DNA of 64,000 nt from NCBI GenBank assembly GCA_012295275.1, contig CM022672.1, positions 25,606,001-25,670,000 of the forward strand, in the 5' to 3' direction. This document shows positions 63,158 to 64,000 of this stretch, piece by piece. Position numbers and translations under genes: made by a program. The notes under the pieces are model-generated. The model was not told where the DNA came from, ran no database searches, and saw only the letters and a list, made by a program, of their open reading frames with translations. Source of the DNA: Chrysomallon squamiferum. Its lineage: Eukaryota; Animalia; Mollusca. Positions within the stretch are counted from its first letter, which is position 1, and the number at the start of each line of letters is the position of its first letter.

Positions 63158-63190
<33 letters not shown>

Positions 63191-64000
63191 TAATAATAAT
63201 AATAAATACCAACAACAACAACAATAATAATAAAATTAATTCAGTCAGATTATAAGAAGTAGTAGTAAGGGATACAACGTGACTGCACACACAGGTTTCA
63301 GTAAATCAATAAGGGAAGTGCTACATACAACATTAAAACAAAAACTGACAGAACAACTAGGTGATCTGAATGCTGCTTGAAACAATCAAGTTACTTTAAT
63401 TATAATTTATTCATGCTTACATATATCAATGATTTAGGAGGTGTCCGTGACCTTGACCTAATTTTGGTCATTTCCCGTATTGCCCGGAGGTCAGCAGATG
63501 GTTCACTACTGTTAAAAAGTACCTGGGTAAAAAAAAATTAATAATAATTAGACAAAAATATTTCAAAGCAATTTTGAAAATACATTTTGAGTTTTAATTA
63601 TAAAAATAAACCAGTTATAATTATTAACTTGCAATACTAATTCAGATCAATCTCCAGAAGTAACAATCTCATAAAAATTCATCCAATTTTGTTTGATTCT
63701 TCAGTGACACCATTTAATCTCTTTACAAAAAAAAAAAAAAAAAAAAAAAAATAATAATAATAAAAGCTATATATAATTATTTCTCAAGGAAAGTTTCTTA
63801 TTTATATTCTGATACTGCAGATAAAGTGACATACTGTTAGTTAGTTTACAGTTGCTAGCATGAAATATCAGACTACATGTATGAATGTTTACCTCTTGCA
63901 AGGTGTTAAGTTTGCGTTTCAGACTTTCAATTGTTCCCTCAGACTGTAGTCGTGTTGTTTCCATGGCTTCAGAATGTCGTAGCATCTGCTGATGCAACTG
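62726..64000 (-). CDS. CNTRL: Probable centriolin (CEP110) C-terminus; gene continues beyond window
   Basis: Exons >64000-63893 (QLHQQMLRHSEAMETTRLQSEGTIESLKRKLNTLQE), 63522-63421 (VLFNSSEP...RSRSRTPPKSLIY), 63065-62948 and 62733-62726 (YL*). The first segment aligns without gaps to the remembered centriolin C-terminal coil (QL...M....E.......QxEGTxxSLxR....LxE). Confidence 0.62.

Overview
AT-rich, microsatellite-laden animal genomic DNA with spliceosomal introns. It is probably a lophotrochozoan, likely a mollusc (inferred from the invertebrate-type intermediate filament gene). Exons were reconstructed by hand from splice signals and reading phase, giving six genes. (1) The 3' end of a cytoplasmic intermediate filament gene with a lamin-tail domain (+, 53-4199). 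(2) TSEN15 (-, 10353-6822). (3) An intronless ZSWIM2-like RING-H2 ORF (+, 11240-12385), head-to-head with TSEN15. (4) A complete classical dynamin gene (-, 44284-18885). (5) A LIM-homeobox gene of the Lhx3/4 type with a strongly diverged homeodomain (+, 49982-59131). (6) The 3' end of a probable centriolin gene (-, 64000-62726). The standout is an apparent modular splicing system in dynamin. It has three tandem, intact 110-nt copies of one PH-domain exon, of which only one can be used at a time. It also has three homologous 12-nt microexons with upstream UGC motifs that build a tunable Gly/Ser linker, a 225-nt proline-rich cassette exon, a cluster of Rbfox-type GCAUG motifs and a decayed duplicate of a GED exon. 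Protein family comparisons are from memory; no database search was run.
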